Assembly: GCA_035546635.1 (NCBI GenBank) | Contig: DASZWJ010000034.1 | Span: forward strand, 70,243-134,242 | DNA from: Gammaproteobacteria bacterium | Lineage (GTDB): Bacteria; Pseudomonadota; Gammaproteobacteria; JAURND01 | Reading direction: 5' to 3' | DNA: 64,000 nucleotides | Part shown: in pieces, positions 9,105-18,880 of the stretch | How the letters are laid out: each line of letters begins with the position of its first letter | How positions within the stretch are numbered: the stretch's first letter is position 1 | Notes under the pieces: generated by a model | What the model was told of the DNA's origin: nothing | What the model saw: only the letters and a program-made list of their open reading frames with translations | The model's database searches: none | Translations under genes and position numbers: made by a program

Positions 9105-9794
9105 TTGAAATTACTAGCCTTTGATACCTCCACAGAAGCTTGTTCAGCTGCTCTGTTTTTGGATGGCAGTGTGACTGAGTTATTTGAAATCACGCCGCGG
9201 CAGCAGTCGCGGCGTATTTTAACCATGATTGAACAATTATTGTCGGTAGCGGATGTTCACTTATCCCAATTAGATGCGGTGGCTTTTACCAATGGTCCAG
9301 GTAGTTTTACCGGCATCCGGCTTGCTGCCAGTGTGGCTCAAGGGTTGGCTTTAGGTGCAGACTTACCTGTCATACCGGTTTCAACCTTAACGGCTATGGC
9401 ACAAGGCGCTTATCGTGATTTTCAAGCAAAAAATGTCCTAGTCGCAATGGATGGCCATTCGGGGGAAATTTATTGGGGTGTTTATAAGTGGCATGAACAA
9501 TCTATGCACTCAGTCATTTCGGAGCAACGCTGCAATCCAGCAGAGGTTCCTATACCTGAAAAATGCGATTATTTAGGAGTTGGGAATGGCTGGGAAATTT
9601 ATGCAGAAGTATTAAATCAGCGGATACCAGGCATAAAATCCATAAAGACATTGCATCCTCAGGCTATAGACGTTGCAAAATTGGCAGAAATTGCTTTCTC
9701 CAGGGGGTGTTTTGTGCTCCCTGAAGCGGTAGTTCCTTATTATTTGCACCAGGCAGATACTTGGAAAAAGCTATCCAACCCTAAAGATATTTAG
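9105..9794 (+). CDS. tsaB: tRNA t6A37 threonylcarbamoyl-adenosine modification protein TsaB (YeaZ)
   Basis: MKLLAFDTSTEACSAAL, GPGSFTGIRL and VIPVSTL motifs are present. The start is TTG. Confidence 0.85.
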   Translation: MKLLAFDTSTEACSAALFLDGSVTELFEITPRQQSRRILTMIEQLLSVADVHLSQLDAVAFTNGPGSFTGIRLAASVAQGLALGADLPVIPVSTLTAMAQGAYRDFQAKNVLVAMDGHSGEIYWGVYKWHEQSMHSVISEQRCNPAEVPIPEKCDYLGVGNGWEIYAEVLNQRIPGIKSIKTLHPQAIDVAKLAEIAFSRGCFVLPEAVVPYYLHQADTWKKLSNPKDI

Positions 9795-9929
9795 AATTTT
9801 AATGCAAAAATTTAAACATTTTCGTGTTTTTTTGTGATATTTATCTTCTGCTTGTTTTCTGGAAATGCAGACGACTCCCCAGCAATTAACAGCAGGTAAG
9901 CTGCTCGCGCTCTTAGCTCTCCACCCTTT

Positions 9930-9961
9930 TTAATATTCCCTTAATAGTTTTCTTATAAAAT
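9930..9961 (+). promoter_or_regulatory. PmrA-type direct-repeat box plus -10 (promoter of icmV-dotA copy 1)
   Basis: TTAATATT-CC-CTTAATAGT, then 7 nt, then TAAAAT, about 38 nt upstream of the icmV start. Confidence 0.65.
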
Positions 9962-9998
9962 ACCCTTCAAGCCTGTTATATTTATTGAGGGTAGTTTC

Positions 9999-10460
9999 TT
10001 GAAAAAGTTGTTAAGCGGCGTAGGTCGCGCATTTTTCCCTTTTCGCAATCCAAAGCGTATGGTTGGTTGGGATCAATTGCAAGAAAGCTTTAACAGCTTT
10101 GTGCGTGATCCAGCTAAAGAAGTATTGGGTCGCCGGAATAAAAAAACCAAAACCACTGAAACTTTTGAACAGGCGGTGACCCGCTTAAATATATCAGAAG
10201 AAGACCTCTCAGCCCGAAAAAAAACTTTTTTCCGAACGGCATTATTTTTTGTAGTAATGGCAGTTGCCTTGTTTATCTACACAGTGGATTTACTATTTTC
10301 TGGCCTATTATTAGCCACTTTTATTGCACTGGTATTAGTGGTTATTGCTTTAGCTTTAGCTTTTCGCGAGCATTTTTGGTATACGCAAATGCAACAGCGC
10401 CGCCTAGGAATCACTTTTAACGAATGGACTGGCTATACTTTTAGGGGAAATAAAAGATGA
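9999..10460 (+). CDS. icmV: Dot/Icm T4BSS inner-membrane protein IcmV (copy 1)
   Basis: 153 aa. The C-terminal half (VVIALALAFREHFWYTQMQQRRLGITFNEW) matches my memory of L. pneumophila IcmV (IALALAFRYHFWYFQIKERKLGCSFHEW). The start is TTG with a GAGGG RBS, and the stop overlaps the dotA ATG. Confidence 0.85.
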   Translation: MKKLLSGVGRAFFPFRNPKRMVGWDQLQESFNSFVRDPAKEVLGRRNKKTKTTETFEQAVTRLNISEEDLSARKKTFFRTALFFVVMAVALFIYTVDLLFSGLLLATFIALVLVVIALALAFREHFWYTQMQQRRLGITFNEWTGYTFRGNKR

Positions 10461-13210
10461 GTAGAACAGTAAAAAATTGTCTGATTTTCCTTGTGATGTT
10501 GTTGCCAGTTGCGGCATTTGCCGATAATTCTACCGGTTTACATCTCTTTACTGTTCCCACCAGTGATTTTTCAGTGAGTCTGCTAGAGCGCACTTTTGGC
10601 GCCGTGGGTAGTGTGTTACACGGTAAAGGCAATCAGATCGTTGGTTTGTTGCTCGGCATATTTAATGCCATGTGGGTGATTGTGATTGGTCTTGGTATTT
10701 TATTTCTGGTTTGGGATTCCGTTATGACTGCAGCGCATAGCGGTGAAATGATGCAAAGAAATGGCAAAAAAGCAGCGTTTACCATCATACGTATTGTGGT
10801 GGGTTTTTGTTTGGTAGTGCCAAGCAGCTCCACGGGTTATTCCATGGCGCAGACCGGTGTGGTGTGGGCGGTGGTGCAGGGCGTTGGATTGGCGGACGAA
10901 ATTACTGAAAAAGTGCATGATTATGCACAAGCAGGTGGACAAACTTTTACGCCAAAACCGTCAAGCGCTACCGAAATTGAACCGTTGATGAGCGTGGCTG
11001 CCGATATTCTTAAAGCTGAAGTCTGTATGTTTAAGGTACAGGATTTCCTAGATCAAAAGAAAAAAGAAGAAGACGAAGCATTAAAAGGAACTGGCGTTGA
11101 GCCAAACCCCCCTAGTGAATTTGATAAGATGGGTTATAGCATTAATGTTGGCACGACTTCAGGTAGTGTAACTTTTGGCAGCAAAAATCCAAATTATTCC
11201 CCTGATGATCCTACTACCGGCACTGAATATCTCAGTGACTGTGGTGAAGCCCATTGGAACTTAGTCCTGCCATTACCCGATGCCACTGAAAGCCAAGCAG
11301 CGAGTATGAAAAAAACGCTAGCTGGTTATATGCAAGCTGGCGTGACTGATTTAGTGGTGACTTTACAGCCCCTAGCCCGAGAATTGGCTTCTGCTGATTT
11401 AAGTGATACCGATGAAAATACTGAAAACTTTAAAAAGATAGCCGATAGAGCAGCTACCGCCATTGCGGGTGCGGGTGTTAGTTATACGACATTGATCGAT
11501 CCCATCAGAGGCGCCATAGCAATCACTGGAGAACAGGGTTTAAAAACTAGATTGACGCATTTGAATGAAAGGGGCTGGGTTTTCATGCCGATGATGGTTG
11601 TTGTGCCTGGACTATATTCAGTGGATTCGCTCAACATGGAAAGTTATATGCCGGCAGTCACACCGCCTAATCTGGTTCTCAATGAGCCGGCCAATAAAAT
11701 CAAAGTCTTAAGTTCAGAACAACGTCAAGAGATCATGGATGCCATAGTGCATGTGGAGACCGATAACTATGTCACCTTGGCTACTAATCAATTGAAATTA
11801 ATGGATACCAATAATGAATGGCCTAAGATCGATTTTAAAGCCATGTTCACTGTTGGAACACCTGATGGTAATTATATTAATAATTTAAGTGTTATTTTTG
11901 ATGGCACCCGGGAAATTATGAATGCTGGGCGCTTGGCGGCCAATGGTATGTTGGAGGTGCCTAAAGGCTTAATGCAGGGTATTAAGAGTATTGCAGATTT
12001 CTTTGTGGATGGATTTGACATTGGTGTCCCTGAGGTGTGTATTGGTGACCTGTGTGCCCCAGACATTAGTGTACACATTCCAGGTGTGGGTGGTGATACC
12101 AGCGGTTTGCAGAATGCTATCGATAAAATTAGTAACTTACAGAGCTCTCTGAATGATTCAGTCAATGGTGCCATCGGCAATTTAAATACGTTAGTGAGTG
12201 ATATTCAGAATAGTGCTACTTTAGCCGAGAAAGGCGGAATGACTTCTGAACTCATAGCATTGACAGGTCAGCTGGGGCCTTTAGGTCCGATGTATGCCAC
12301 CGTGATGACAGCCATGATTGGCAAGAGTATCACTAGCTTTGAGAATTATGTGTTTAGTTCAAATACTAACGCACTAGTCAGCTCCATTCAGTTGGGGGGC
12401 GACATGATGGTGGGCGCCATGAAGTCGGTTTTCCTGGGTGGTAAGATTATGTTTATCTCCACGCTGGTACAAGCGGGTATGAATGGTTTAAGCCAGATTG
12501 TTGGCATGATCCCAGGTGGAAAAGTAGTAGGCGGTGTGATGGATGTAGGCACCAACCTGGTGCATAAGGGTATTGAAAGCTTTACTGGTTTTCATATTGC
12601 CTTATCCCTTTTGATGTTTGCAGGTGGGGTGATGCTGTATTTCATGGTGCCACTGACTTTTATAGTCGCGTTTGCGTCGATTTGCTTGCGTTGGATTGGT
12701 ATGGTGTTAATTAACATATTAGCTGCGCCGATTTTTTGCTTTAACCTGATTCGGGCGGATAGTGAAGGTTTAGCTGGACGTGGGGAGCGTTTTCTCGGGG
12801 ATTTGGCGAAAACTGTGCTGACACCAGCTCTTTTAGCCATTGGTGCGATCGCGTTTGTCATATTGTTTAATATTGGATTTATGATTGTGACGACCGTGTT
12901 TAGTGCCTTTTTACCTATGCTGGCTAAAGCCTATAATTCCGCGATATTGATACCAGTAACATTAACACTGATATTACTGACATTTTCGGCGATGATGCTG
13001 TATTTAGCGACAACATTGTCTACTTTATGTACTACCGACTTTGTGAATCAGGTGACTAGTACTATTGGTGACACAATACAGCAGTTGCAAGATCAGCAGC
13101 CGACCCAGGAGATTCGCACCAGAATTCAAGAGGGCAGTCAGTATCCGACTGACAAAGTTAAAGGCATGGCCAGCGGTGGTAGCGGTATTATGGCGAAGGA
13201 TAAGCAATAG
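10457..13210 (+). CDS. dotA: Dot/Icm T4BSS polytopic membrane protein DotA (copy 1)
   Basis: 917 aa with a signal/TM segment, a large central periplasmic region and a C-terminal cluster of TM helices. It is translationally coupled (ATGA) to icmV, as in known icmV-dotA operons. Confidence 0.85.
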   Translation: MSRTVKNCLIFLVMLLPVAAFADNSTGLHLFTVPTSDFSVSLLERTFGAVGSVLHGKGNQIVGLLLGIFNAMWVIVIGLGILFLVWDSVMTAAHSGEMMQRNGKKAAFTIIRIVVGFCLVVPSSSTGYSMAQTGVVWAVVQGVGLADEITEKVHDYAQAGGQTFTPKPSSATEIEPLMSVAADILKAEVCMFKVQDFLDQKKKEEDEALKGTGVEPNPPSEFDKMGYSINVGTTSGSVTFGSKNPNYSPDDPTTGTEYLSDCGEAHWNLVLPLPDATESQAASMKKTLAGYMQAGVTDLVVTLQPLARELASADLSDTDENTENFKKIADRAATAIAGAGVSYTTLIDPIRGAIAITGEQGLKTRLTHLNERGWVFMPMMVVVPGLYSVDSLNMESYMPAVTPPNLVLNEPANKIKVLSSEQRQEIMDAIVHVETDNYVTLATNQLKLMDTNNEWPKIDFKAMFTVGTPDGNYINNLSVIFDGTREIMNAGRLAANGMLEVPKGLMQGIKSIADFFVDGFDIGVPEVCIGDLCAPDISVHIPGVGGDTSGLQNAIDKISNLQSSLNDSVNGAIGNLNTLVSDIQNSATLAEKGGMTSELIALTGQLGPLGPMYATVMTAMIGKSITSFENYVFSSNTNALVSSIQLGGDMMVGAMKSVFLGGKIMFISTLVQAGMNGLSQIVGMIPGGKVVGGVMDVGTNLVHKGIESFTGFHIALSLLMFAGGVMLYFMVPLTFIVAFASICLRWIGMVLINILAAPIFCFNLIRADSEGLAGRGERFLGDLAKTVLTPALLAIGAIAFVILFNIGFMIVTTVFSAFLPMLAKAYNSAILIPVTLTLILLTFSAMMLYLATTLSTLCTTDFVNQVTSTIGDTIQQLQDQQPTQEIRTRIQEGSQYPTDKVKGMASGGSGIMAKDKQ

Positions 13211-13216
13211 CATGCT

Positions 13217-13248
13217 TTAATGTTCTGTTAATGCTACCTAAGTAGAAT
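13217..13248 (+). promoter_or_regulatory. PmrA-type direct-repeat box plus -10 (promoter of icmV-dotA copy 2)
   Basis: TTAATGTT-CT-GTTAATGCT, then 7 nt, then TAGAAT, about 35 nt upstream of ATG 13283. Confidence 0.6.
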
Positions 13249-13282
13249 AACGGAAAGAAAATTGATTATTGAGGGTAGTTCC

Positions 13283-13744
13283 ATGAAAAAACTGTTTACT
13301 GGCCTAGGTCGAGCGTTTTTCCCATTTCGCAATCCTAAGCGTATGGTGGGCTGGGATCAGTTAAAAGACAGCTTTAACAGTTTTGTGCGTGATCCTGCGA
13401 AAGAAGTTTGGGATCGTAAACAAAAAAGAGTTGTGATCAAAGAGACTTTTGAAGAAGCATTAGTGCGTTTAAATCTCTCGGAAGAAATGGTGGTTGAGCG
13501 TAGAAAAACGTTTTTGCGCACAGCTCTGTTTTTCGTGGGGGTAGCACTAGTATTGTTTGTGTACACAATGTATTTGCTGTTTTCAGGGTTGTTTTTGGCT
13601 ACCTTTATCGGATGTGTTTTAGTAGTGATTGCGTTGGCTTTAGCATTTAGAGATCATTTTTGGTATACACAAATGAAACATCGTCGTTTGGGTCTGAGCT
13701 TTAGCGATTGGGCGAACTATACGCTGGGGAGAATAAAAAAATGA
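13283..13744 (+). CDS. icmV: IcmV paralog (copy 2)
   Basis: Same 462-nt length as copy 1 and the same upstream ttattgagggtagtt RBS region. The sequence (MKKLFTGLGRAFFPFRNPKRMVGWDQL...) is highly similar to copy 1. Confidence 0.85.
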   Translation: MKKLFTGLGRAFFPFRNPKRMVGWDQLKDSFNSFVRDPAKEVWDRKQKRVVIKETFEEALVRLNLSEEMVVERRKTFLRTALFFVGVALVLFVYTMYLLFSGLFLATFIGCVLVVIALALAFRDHFWYTQMKHRRLGLSFSDWANYTLGRIKK

Positions 13745-16389
13745 CCAGAATAGTAAAAAATTGTTTCATTGTTCTCTTGATGCTGTTGCCGGTCGCGGCA
13801 TTTGCTGATATTTCCAGTCTGAATTTGCATTTCTTCACGCCACCACAAGGTGATTATTCAGTTAGCCTTTTAGAGCGAACTTTTGGTGCTGTCGGCAATG
13901 TTTTGCATGGCCGGGGTAACCAAATCATCGGTATTGTTCTTGGTGTTTTCAATGCGGTGTGGGTCATTGTGATTGGCCTTGGTATTTTATTTGTGGTATG
14001 GGATACCGTGATTACTGCGGCACAAAGCGGAGAAATGATGCAGAGTCGCGGTAAGAAAACGGTATTTACGATTTTGCGTATTGTGATGGGTTTCGCTTTG
14101 GTAGTACCGAGTAAAGCCACTGGATACTCCATGGCGCAGAACGGCGTAGTATGGGTCGTAGTCCAAGGCGTGGGTTTAGCAGATCAGATTACGCAAAAGT
14201 TACATGATTATTTGCAGGCAGGAGGTCAGACTTTTACTTCTAAACCTTCTACCTCTGCGGATACAAACTTTTTAATGCCGATTGCAGCTAATGTGCTTAA
14301 GGCTGAGGTCTGCATGTATAAGTTGCAGGATATCGCAGATGAAAGAAAAAAATTACGCGATGAAGCGTTAAAAGAATCAGGAAGTTCCACTGATGCCGGT
14401 AGCGAACTGGCTAAGATTGGTTATAGCATTAATGTAGGTGAAAATTCGGGGAATATTACTTTTGGCAGCAAAAACCCGGCGTATAGTCCTAATAAAGCGG
14501 GTGAACCTGAATATCTCAATGATTGCGGGCAAGTTGACTGGGATGCTAGTGCGGTTGGCCTGCCAATGGCGAGTGATGCTGAAAGAGTGAGTGCCCGGAA
14601 AACGCTAGCGGGTTATATGCAAGCGGCTGTCACTGAAATGGCGTTGAATTTGCAACCTGTAGCCAGAGAGCTGGCTTCTCTTAATTCGAGCGATACCACT
14701 AGCGCAGATTCTATAGCGCAAAGAGCCGCAACTGCGATGGCAGGTGCTGGCACTAGTTTTGCCACATTACTTGACCCACTGAAAAAAGCGGTTGCAGTGA
14801 GTGCAGAGACCGAACTGAAAAATTCGTTGACTACGCTGAACAACAGAGGGTGGATTTTTACCCCGATGATGGTTATAGCGCCTGGGTTATATAATTTGAC
14901 CTCAATAAAACTCTCCGATTATGCGCCTGCTGCTAAATTGACGGATATTGGCAGTTCTACCATCGGTGTGCTTAAAGAGATAGATGGAACCGAAAAACAG
15001 CAGATAATCACGGCAATGGCGAAAGTGGATGCCAACTACGTTAGCAAAGCGAATGAGTATTTAAAGCTGATGGATGACAATAGTCAGTGGTCGGGTATTG
15101 ATTTTGCCGCACTGTATACAGGTACCCGCGATGCGAGTTATCTCGAGCATCTTAATGGTATATTTGATGCGACTAAATGGTCTTTGGACGCGGGTGCAAC
15201 TGCGGCCGCAGGTTTATTAGAAGTACCTAAGGGTGTAACAGAGTTTTTTAAAGACGTAGGTGATTTTTTTGATGCCGATACTTCAAAGTTACAAAATGGC
15301 ATAGATAAAATCACATCAGCACAGCAAAGTGTCCGTGATATGGTGGGTAATGCCAGTGGTAACTTGGATGCCTTGGTTGATGACATTCTAAGTGCTAAGG
15401 ACTTGGCGGTAAAAGGTGGTATGACTACGCAACTGCAGGATTTAACAGGTCAATTGGGTCCTTTAGGTCCGCTTTATGCGACGATTATGACTGCTATGAT
15501 TGGCCGGAGTATGGAAAGTCTGGAAGGTCATTTGTTTAACCCGAAATTTAATGCCATGGCCAGTTCTATTTATGTAGGTGGCGAGATGATGGTGTCGGCT
15601 ATGGAGTCGACTTTCCAAGCGGGTAAGATTCTGTTTGTTGGGACATTAGTTAAAGCTGCTGTGGATGGTTTGAACCAGGTGGTGAGCGCTATTCCTTATG
15701 TCGGCGGTGCTGTTGGCGGAATTGTGAGTATAGGCTCCAATCTGGTCCATAAAGGTATTGAGACTTTTTCGACCTTCCATATTGCGCTTTCAGTGATGTT
15801 ATTTGCCGGTGGTGTGTTGTTATATATTGTAGTGCCGCTGACCTTTGTGGTGGCGTTTGCTGCAATTTGTTTGCGCTGGATTGGTATGGTGATGATTAAT
15901 GTCCTGGGTGCGCCTATTTTTTGCTTTAACCTAATCCGTTCAGATGGTGAGGGGATGATAGGACGCGGGGAAAGGTTCTTGGCTGATCTGGCTAAGACGG
16001 CATTAACTCCGGCGATTCTAGCAATTGGTGCTGTGGCCTATTTGACGCTGTTTAATATTGGTTATTTGTTGATTACCTCCATTCTATCAGAATTCTTGCC
16101 GATGTTGGCTAAAGCGTATAATGACCCGATTTTAGTACCGGTGTCGCTAGCTGTGATATTAATGGTATTTTCGACCTTAATGGTGTACATCTCGCAGACT
16201 TTGGCTAATTTGTGTACTGCGGAGTTGGTAAACCATGTGACCGGTACCATTGGGGATACCATACAGCATCTGCATGATCAGGGTGTGGTTGAGCAGATGA
16301 AGGGTAGCGTGACCAAAGGCAGCGATAAGATGTCGGGCGGCATAAAGAGCATGACCAGCAGTGGTTCAGGTATGGGGCCTAAGCTATAG
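13741..16389 (+). CDS. dotA: DotA paralog (copy 2)
   Basis: 882 aa from ATG 13741, with the same ATGA overlap with icmV as copy 1. It is collinear with copy 1 (MTRIVKNCFIVLLMLLPVAAFA vs MSRTVKNCLIFLVMLLPVAAFA; C-terminal FCFNLIR..GRGERFL.DLAKT conserved). The reading frame is intact. Confidence 0.85.
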   Translation: MTRIVKNCFIVLLMLLPVAAFADISSLNLHFFTPPQGDYSVSLLERTFGAVGNVLHGRGNQIIGIVLGVFNAVWVIVIGLGILFVVWDTVITAAQSGEMMQSRGKKTVFTILRIVMGFALVVPSKATGYSMAQNGVVWVVVQGVGLADQITQKLHDYLQAGGQTFTSKPSTSADTNFLMPIAANVLKAEVCMYKLQDIADERKKLRDEALKESGSSTDAGSELAKIGYSINVGENSGNITFGSKNPAYSPNKAGEPEYLNDCGQVDWDASAVGLPMASDAERVSARKTLAGYMQAAVTEMALNLQPVARELASLNSSDTTSADSIAQRAATAMAGAGTSFATLLDPLKKAVAVSAETELKNSLTTLNNRGWIFTPMMVIAPGLYNLTSIKLSDYAPAAKLTDIGSSTIGVLKEIDGTEKQQIITAMAKVDANYVSKANEYLKLMDDNSQWSGIDFAALYTGTRDASYLEHLNGIFDATKWSLDAGATAAAGLLEVPKGVTEFFKDVGDFFDADTSKLQNGIDKITSAQQSVRDMVGNASGNLDALVDDILSAKDLAVKGGMTTQLQDLTGQLGPLGPLYATIMTAMIGRSMESLEGHLFNPKFNAMASSIYVGGEMMVSAMESTFQAGKILFVGTLVKAAVDGLNQVVSAIPYVGGAVGGIVSIGSNLVHKGIETFSTFHIALSVMLFAGGVLLYIVVPLTFVVAFAAICLRWIGMVMINVLGAPIFCFNLIRSDGEGMIGRGERFLADLAKTALTPAILAIGAVAYLTLFNIGYLLITSILSEFLPMLAKAYNDPILVPVSLAVILMVFSTLMVYISQTLANLCTAELVNHVTGTIGDTIQHLHDQGVVEQMKGSVTKGSDKMSGGIKSMTSSGSGMGPKL

Positions 16390-16407
16390 AGCGTATTTTG
16401 CTCTTGG

Positions 16408-16588
16408 ATAGGTATCTACATAAATAGTTAGCCCCCCCTTCTCCCCTTGTGGGAGAAGGTGCCCGTTAGGGCGGATGAGGGGTAAGTCTGCAGTATCTAC
16501 TTAACTTCTCAACTTAAAAGCCAACTCAAACTTATCCCACAAGGGGAGAAGGGGAAGGGATTTTCTAATTACTTGTGTAGATACTTAT
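16408..16588. repeat. Long imperfect palindromic element (same family as 48485-48630)
   Basis: The arms are ataggtatctaca...ccttctccccttgtgggagaagg and cccacaaggggagaagg...tgtagatacttat, and the centre (aagccaactcaaact) is shared with 48485-48630. It lies between the convergent dotA copy 2 and dotB. Confidence 0.75.
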
Positions 16589-16609
16589 TCTTGAAAGGGG
16601 GGAATATAA

Positions 16610-17740
16610 TTATCCTGACTCACTAGAACGTGAGCTGCGCACAAGTAGATTATATTCACGTTCCGAAATAATCCCTTCATTAAATTTCTGTTCAGCGTCT
16701 TTTATCATAGGCTGCCCCCTTTCATTGACCAGGCGGCGGGTGATGGCTGTGACTTTTTCTGGATCGACGGATAACAGTTGATCGCGGGTATCCTCATCAA
16801 AAACTAGATATTCACGTAAGGCGACGCGTTTGCCATCGACGGTGGGTACGAGTTTTTGCCAGATGACCAGACGGATGGTTTCAATGATGTCTATGGTGCG
16901 GGCTTGTAGTTCTTCGGGGGGGAAAGCGCCTACTAAGCGGCGTAGGGTTTCGGCGACGCCGTTACTGTGTACGGTCGTGTAAACCGGATGGCCGGTTAAG
17001 GCGGCTTCTAGTACGGCGCTAATGGTTTCGGTGTCGCGGGATTCACCTACCAGGATTAGACGTGGTTTGCGCCTTAGAGCATTTCTGACGCCAGCCGCGA
17101 AAGAAGGGAGGTGCATGGGGATTTCTGATTGGCTGACGATGGCGGTGGGCTTATCAATGGCGTCAAATACGAATTCTATAGGCGCTTCATAAGTTAAAAT
17201 TTTTCTATGGCTATTGGGATCTTTTGCGATCTCCTTGATGATAGCGGCGAGTAGGGTGCTTTTTCCAGAGCCGGTTGCTCCGCATACGTAAACCACGCCA
17301 TCTTCCGGTGCAATGGCGTCTAAGACGGGTTTGGGCAGGTTGAGTGTCGAGAGATCGGGTGGGTAGGTAGGAATGGTACGCAGTGTCAATTGAATCCCGG
17401 CATGACCTTCGACTTGACACCCAGTGCCATTGACACGAAAGCGGAAGCGGCTGCTGCGAGTGGGTCTGAATTCATAATGCGTATCTACGTCCTGACCGCT
17501 TAAAACTTGAGTGGTACCATTTGGACCATAAATGCCATTTAAAATATCGCTGACTTCACCATTTGAGAGTTTGCGTCGGGTAATTTTATAGAGTTTTCCG
17601 TGTATTTCAGCAATGATGGGTTCGGCAGTTTGTAAGGTGATATCGGAAGCACCTTTTTCTGTGCAGAACGCCAATAGCTGCTCGATATGATGCGAGGTAA
17701 AGCGATGGGGTTCATTGGGGTATTGATATTCTGAGCTCAT
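16610..17740 (-). CDS. dotB: Dot/Icm T4BSS ATPase DotB (PilT/VirB11-like)
   Basis: 376 aa with Walker A GATGSGKST, PRLILVGESRD and HPVYTTVHS motifs. It sits downstream of dotD-dotC. Confidence 0.92.
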   Translation of the reverse strand: MSSEYQYPNEPHRFTSHHIEQLLAFCTEKGASDITLQTAEPIIAEIHGKLYKITRRKLSNGEVSDILNGIYGPNGTTQVLSGQDVDTHYEFRPTRSSRFRFRVNGTGCQVEGHAGIQLTLRTIPTYPPDLSTLNLPKPVLDAIAPEDGVVYVCGATGSGKSTLLAAIIKEIAKDPNSHRKILTYEAPIEFVFDAIDKPTAIVSQSEIPMHLPSFAAGVRNALRRKPRLILVGESRDTETISAVLEAALTGHPVYTTVHSNGVAETLRRLVGAFPPEELQARTIDIIETIRLVIWQKLVPTVDGKRVALREYLVFDEDTRDQLLSVDPEKVTAITRRLVNERGQPMIKDAEQKFNEGIISEREYNLLVRSSRSSESG

Positions 17741-17765
17741 AGGTAAAGTTTATAGTGGTGGATGA

Positions 17766-17900
17766 TTTTTTTCCTTCTTTCTCCCGTAAGCACTGTGGCT
17801 TGCTCCCACAGGGGCATAGGTGTTAAGCGCTGTATCCCCTCTCCCACAAGGGGAGAGGGGGTTACAGTGCTTGTGGGAGAAGGAGCTTTAGAAGGGGAAA
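17766..17900. repeat. Composite REP-like element inside the dotC-dotB intergenic space
   Basis: The outer inverted repeats are ccttctttctcccgtaagcactgt / acagtgcttgtgggagaaggag. The inner hairpin is cccctctcccacaaggggagagggg. Confidence 0.7.
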
Positions 17901-17907
17901 TAGCGTT

Positions 17908-18846
17908 TTACTCCAGCATTTCCGTACCTTCAGTTCCCTGTTTGCGGATGGCGCCGTCAGTGCCTGGCAGGACAATGGCCTTCCATTTTTTGCTATTAGG
18001 TATTAGCTTGGAAGTTGCTGTAATGCGCAATACCTGGTCGTTAATGCGCATTTGGTTGTCATCTCCTGTTACGCCTAAATCAGTTTTGGCGACAAACGGT
18101 GCTGTGACCATGTTTTGTGCTAGCAAGACGCGATAGGTAATCATGCCATTATAATCGCGTTTTAAACGTCCCATATTTTCAGAAAAGATGGAATTCGCTT
18201 GTTGAATACCATCCTGCCAACCTTCTGCCACGGCATCATTCCATATTTTACGCTCTTCGTCGGTACGGGGTAATAAGGAACCCGGGGGTTTTTCCGGCTG
18301 CTCATAGTTCATATATAAGTATTCTCGCCACGAAGGTGGGGCGGTGACAAAACGTGGAGGGCTTTCAATTTTAAAAACTCTATCGGCTAAACGCAGCGTT
18401 TCAGGATTGTCTAGGTTTAAGGCTTTTTCGCCTTGGGTTAAGACCGGGGGTAACACGTTTTGGTTAAGAAGTAGGGCGTGGAAGTTAAAAGTCTGATCGA
18501 GATTACGTTCGTTCATGTCTAGTATTTTATTAATGCGCTGTGATGCCCAAGCTAACCCGCTTTGTGCGCCCATGCTGGTAGCCGTTTCGGTTAAAATGCT
18601 TTGGCGTATTTGATTGACTTGTGAACCGTCGGTTGCTGTGGCAGGGTAGCCATTGATAATGCTGGGCGGAGGTGGTTTTTTGTTGCTGGAGCAAGCAGTT
18701 ATCAGTGTGGCAGCAATAAAAATAAAGACCAATTTGCTAAGTATTCTCCATAATTTGCCATCGTTACTGATGTTTTGGGCAAAATCTGAGAAATGCGTGA
18801 TAACTAGTCTTCTGGTTGCTTCGATGTTCAAATTAATTTTGCTCAT
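17908..18846 (-). CDS. dotC: Dot/Icm outer-membrane lipoprotein DotC
   Basis: 312 aa with lipobox LITACSS. Size and position between dotD and dotB match known dotDCB operons. Confidence 0.85.
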   Translation of the reverse strand: MSKINLNIEATRRLVITHFSDFAQNISNDGKLWRILSKLVFIFIAATLITACSSNKKPPPPSIINGYPATATDGSQVNQIRQSILTETATSMGAQSGLAWASQRINKILDMNERNLDQTFNFHALLLNQNVLPPVLTQGEKALNLDNPETLRLADRVFKIESPPRFVTAPPSWREYLYMNYEQPEKPPGSLLPRTDEERKIWNDAVAEGWQDGIQQANSIFSENMGRLKRDYNGMITYRVLLAQNMVTAPFVAKTDLGVTGDDNQMRINDQVLRITATSKLIPNSKKWKAIVLPGTDGAIRKQGTEGTEMLE

Positions 18847-18880
18847 GAGTATGGGTAGCCATTAAAGAATTGTACGTATT

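Noticed and set aside
10441-16262. Many 60-100-aa antisense or alternative-frame ORFs inside the two dotA genes (for example 10633-10833, 10700-10942, 11872-12180, 12592-12861, 13854-14132, 14613-14843, 15138-15386, 16062-16262)
   Set aside because: They are fully embedded in long ORFs that have clear homology and coupling logic. They lack an RBS and show no recognisable motif. The same reasoning applies to embedded ORFs elsewhere, such as those in icmB, xseA, pgm, tkt and icmE.
9930-16389. The possibility that the icmV-dotA duplication is an assembly artefact or a recent collapse/expansion
   Set aside because: The two units differ at many amino-acid positions and by an indel of about 30 aa, and their intergenic sequences differ too. 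Duplicated reads or mis-assembly would give near-identical copies. Read-level confirmation is still desirable.
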